Below, in pieces: positions 62,750 to 64,000 of a DNA stretch of 64,000 bases. The notes under the pieces are model-generated. The model made no database searches. It worked only from the letters and a program-made list of their open reading frames with translations, and was not told where the DNA came from. The position numbers and the translations under genes were made by a program. The stretch is taken from the NCBI GenBank assembly GCA_013265495.1, contig MU061578.1, positions 4,909,308 to 4,973,307 of the forward strand. Direction: 5' to 3'. The stretch comes from Vicugna vicugna. Taxonomy: Eukaryota. Position 1 is the first letter of the stretch. Each line of letters starts with the position of its first letter.

Positions 62750-64000
62750 CCTGAGGGAGGAGGCAGCCAGACCCCCGCCCAGCACGTGGCACAACCCCAG
62801 GAGCAGTCAAAGCCTGGCTGTAGGCCGGGGGCCGACTGGGTGGTCCCCCATGGGCTGCGTGGCTGAGCCACCCCTCCAACCCCTCCCGCCAGCACATTCC
62901 TGGCTCCCCAGCCCCTCCCCCGACCCCAGGGCCTCCCAGCCCCCTCCCCCGCTGGCCCAGCCAGTGTCTGAATCTGCTTCTGATTCCGGCTCTGCCGACG
63001 AGGCCCCCTCCCCTCCCTTCCCCTCCCTCCTTCACGGCCCGAGCAGCCCCGCCCCCGGCTGGGCCCAGGCGTGCGCCTGCTGCGCCCCCCACCCCCTTCT
63101 GGCACAGCTCGCCCGCCCTCGCTGCAGCCAGGAGGAGGCGGCGGCCGGGGCGCCCCAGGCCCCGCCTGCCCTTGGCCCTTCCCGGGAGGCTGGGAGACCT
63201 GCTCTACCCGGCCCTCGGTGGGTGAGTGCGAGCGGCGGGTGGCGGGTGGGGCCTCTGCAGGCGGAGGCACCGAGAGCGGGGGCGACGCCTGTCATTGCTC
63301 CAGGCCCAGCGGGAGGACTCACCGACATCCCCGCTGCTCCGCTCGGCCAGGGCGTGCCCGCAGCTGCTCCCACCTCTGGGCCCCGGCTAGGGCCGCTTGG
63401 GGGCTCTGGTTGCTCCGCATTGAGGACCAGCAGGCAGAGCCTCGGAGCGGGCTCTCTCTCCCGAGGGCAGTGGCGTGGGACCCCGGCTGGCTGGCTGACC
63501 CACGGCGGCTCCGGCCATGCCCGGCTGGCCCTGGGGGCTGCTGCTGACCGCGGGCACGCTTTTGGCCGCCCTGAGCCCGGGGCCACCGGCGCCCGCCGAC
63601 CCCTGCCATGACGAGGGGGGCGCGCCCCGCGGCTGCGTGCCCGGCCTGGTGAACGCGGCCTTGGGCCGCGAGGTGCAGGCGTCCAGCACGTGCGGGCGGC
63701 CGGCCACGCGGGCCTGCGACGCCTCCGATCCGCGGCGGGCACACCCTGCCAGCCTCCTAACCTCCGCAGGGGGCACCACAAGCCCTCTATGCTGGCGTTC
63801 GGACTCGCTAACGCAGGTGCCCCTCAACGTGACCCTCACAGTGCCCCTGGGCAAGGCTTTTGAGCTGGTGTTCGTGAGCTTGCGCTTCTGCTCGCCACCC
63901 CCAACCTCCGTGGCCCTGCTCAAGTCTCAGGACCATGGCCGAAGCTGGGCTCCACTGGGCTTCTTCTCCTCCTGCTGTGGCCTGGATTACGGCCGCCTGC
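62750..64000 (+). promoter_or_regulatory. NTN3 CpG island, promoter and 5' UTR
   Basis: High GC and CpG density with CCCGCCCC boxes upstream of the NTN3 ATG. Confidence 0.65.
63517..64000 (+). CDS. NTN3: Netrin-3, first coding exon (signal peptide and laminin N-terminal domain), truncated by the window end
   Basis: gccATG at 63517 opens [82 protein letters not shown]...[24 protein letters not shown]...[17 protein letters not shown], open to the end of the window. Synteny after TEDC2 agrees. Confidence 0.96.
   Translation, partial: MPGWPWGLLLTAGTLLAALSPGPPAPADPCHDEGGAPRGCVPGLVNAALGREVQASSTCGRPATRACDASDPRRAHPASLLTSAGGTTSPLCWRSDSLTQVPLNVTLTVPLGKAFELVFVSLRFCSPPPTSVALLKSQDHGRSWAPLGFFSSCCGLDYGRL

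Noticed and set aside
62553..63923. Several long overlapping ORFs around the NTN3 start (up to 292 aa)
   Set aside because: Stop-poor CpG-island artefacts. The real frame starts at 63517 and is missing from the track because it has no stop in the window.

Overview
Mammalian genomic DNA, probably a camelid (two tRNA-Ala-derived Vic-1-like SINEs), syntenic with human 16p13.3. All genes are on the + strand. In order: the 3' half of an ABCA17-type ABC transporter gene (13 exons, 5661-~29870) with in-frame stops and degenerate catalytic motifs, so apparently a pseudogene; an intact 17-exon CCNF (33200-50706, 788 aa by my exon assembly) with a CCAAT/CHR cell-cycle promoter; an intact 10-exon TEDC2 (53446-57353, 434 aa) with a U12-type minor intron; and the start of NTN3 (63517 to window end). 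Between TEDC2 and NTN3 is a CpG-island, single-exon ORF (59499-59819, with in-frame upstream ATGs at 59367 and 59178) encoding a two-transmembrane protein clearly related to TMEM100, with its own promoter-like motifs and poly(A) signal. This probable unannotated TMEM100 paralog is the most interesting item. The rest is L1, MLT, MER, MIR and SINE repeats plus a small mRNA 3'-end retrocopy. Gene identities come from protein sequences recalled from memory, not from a database search.
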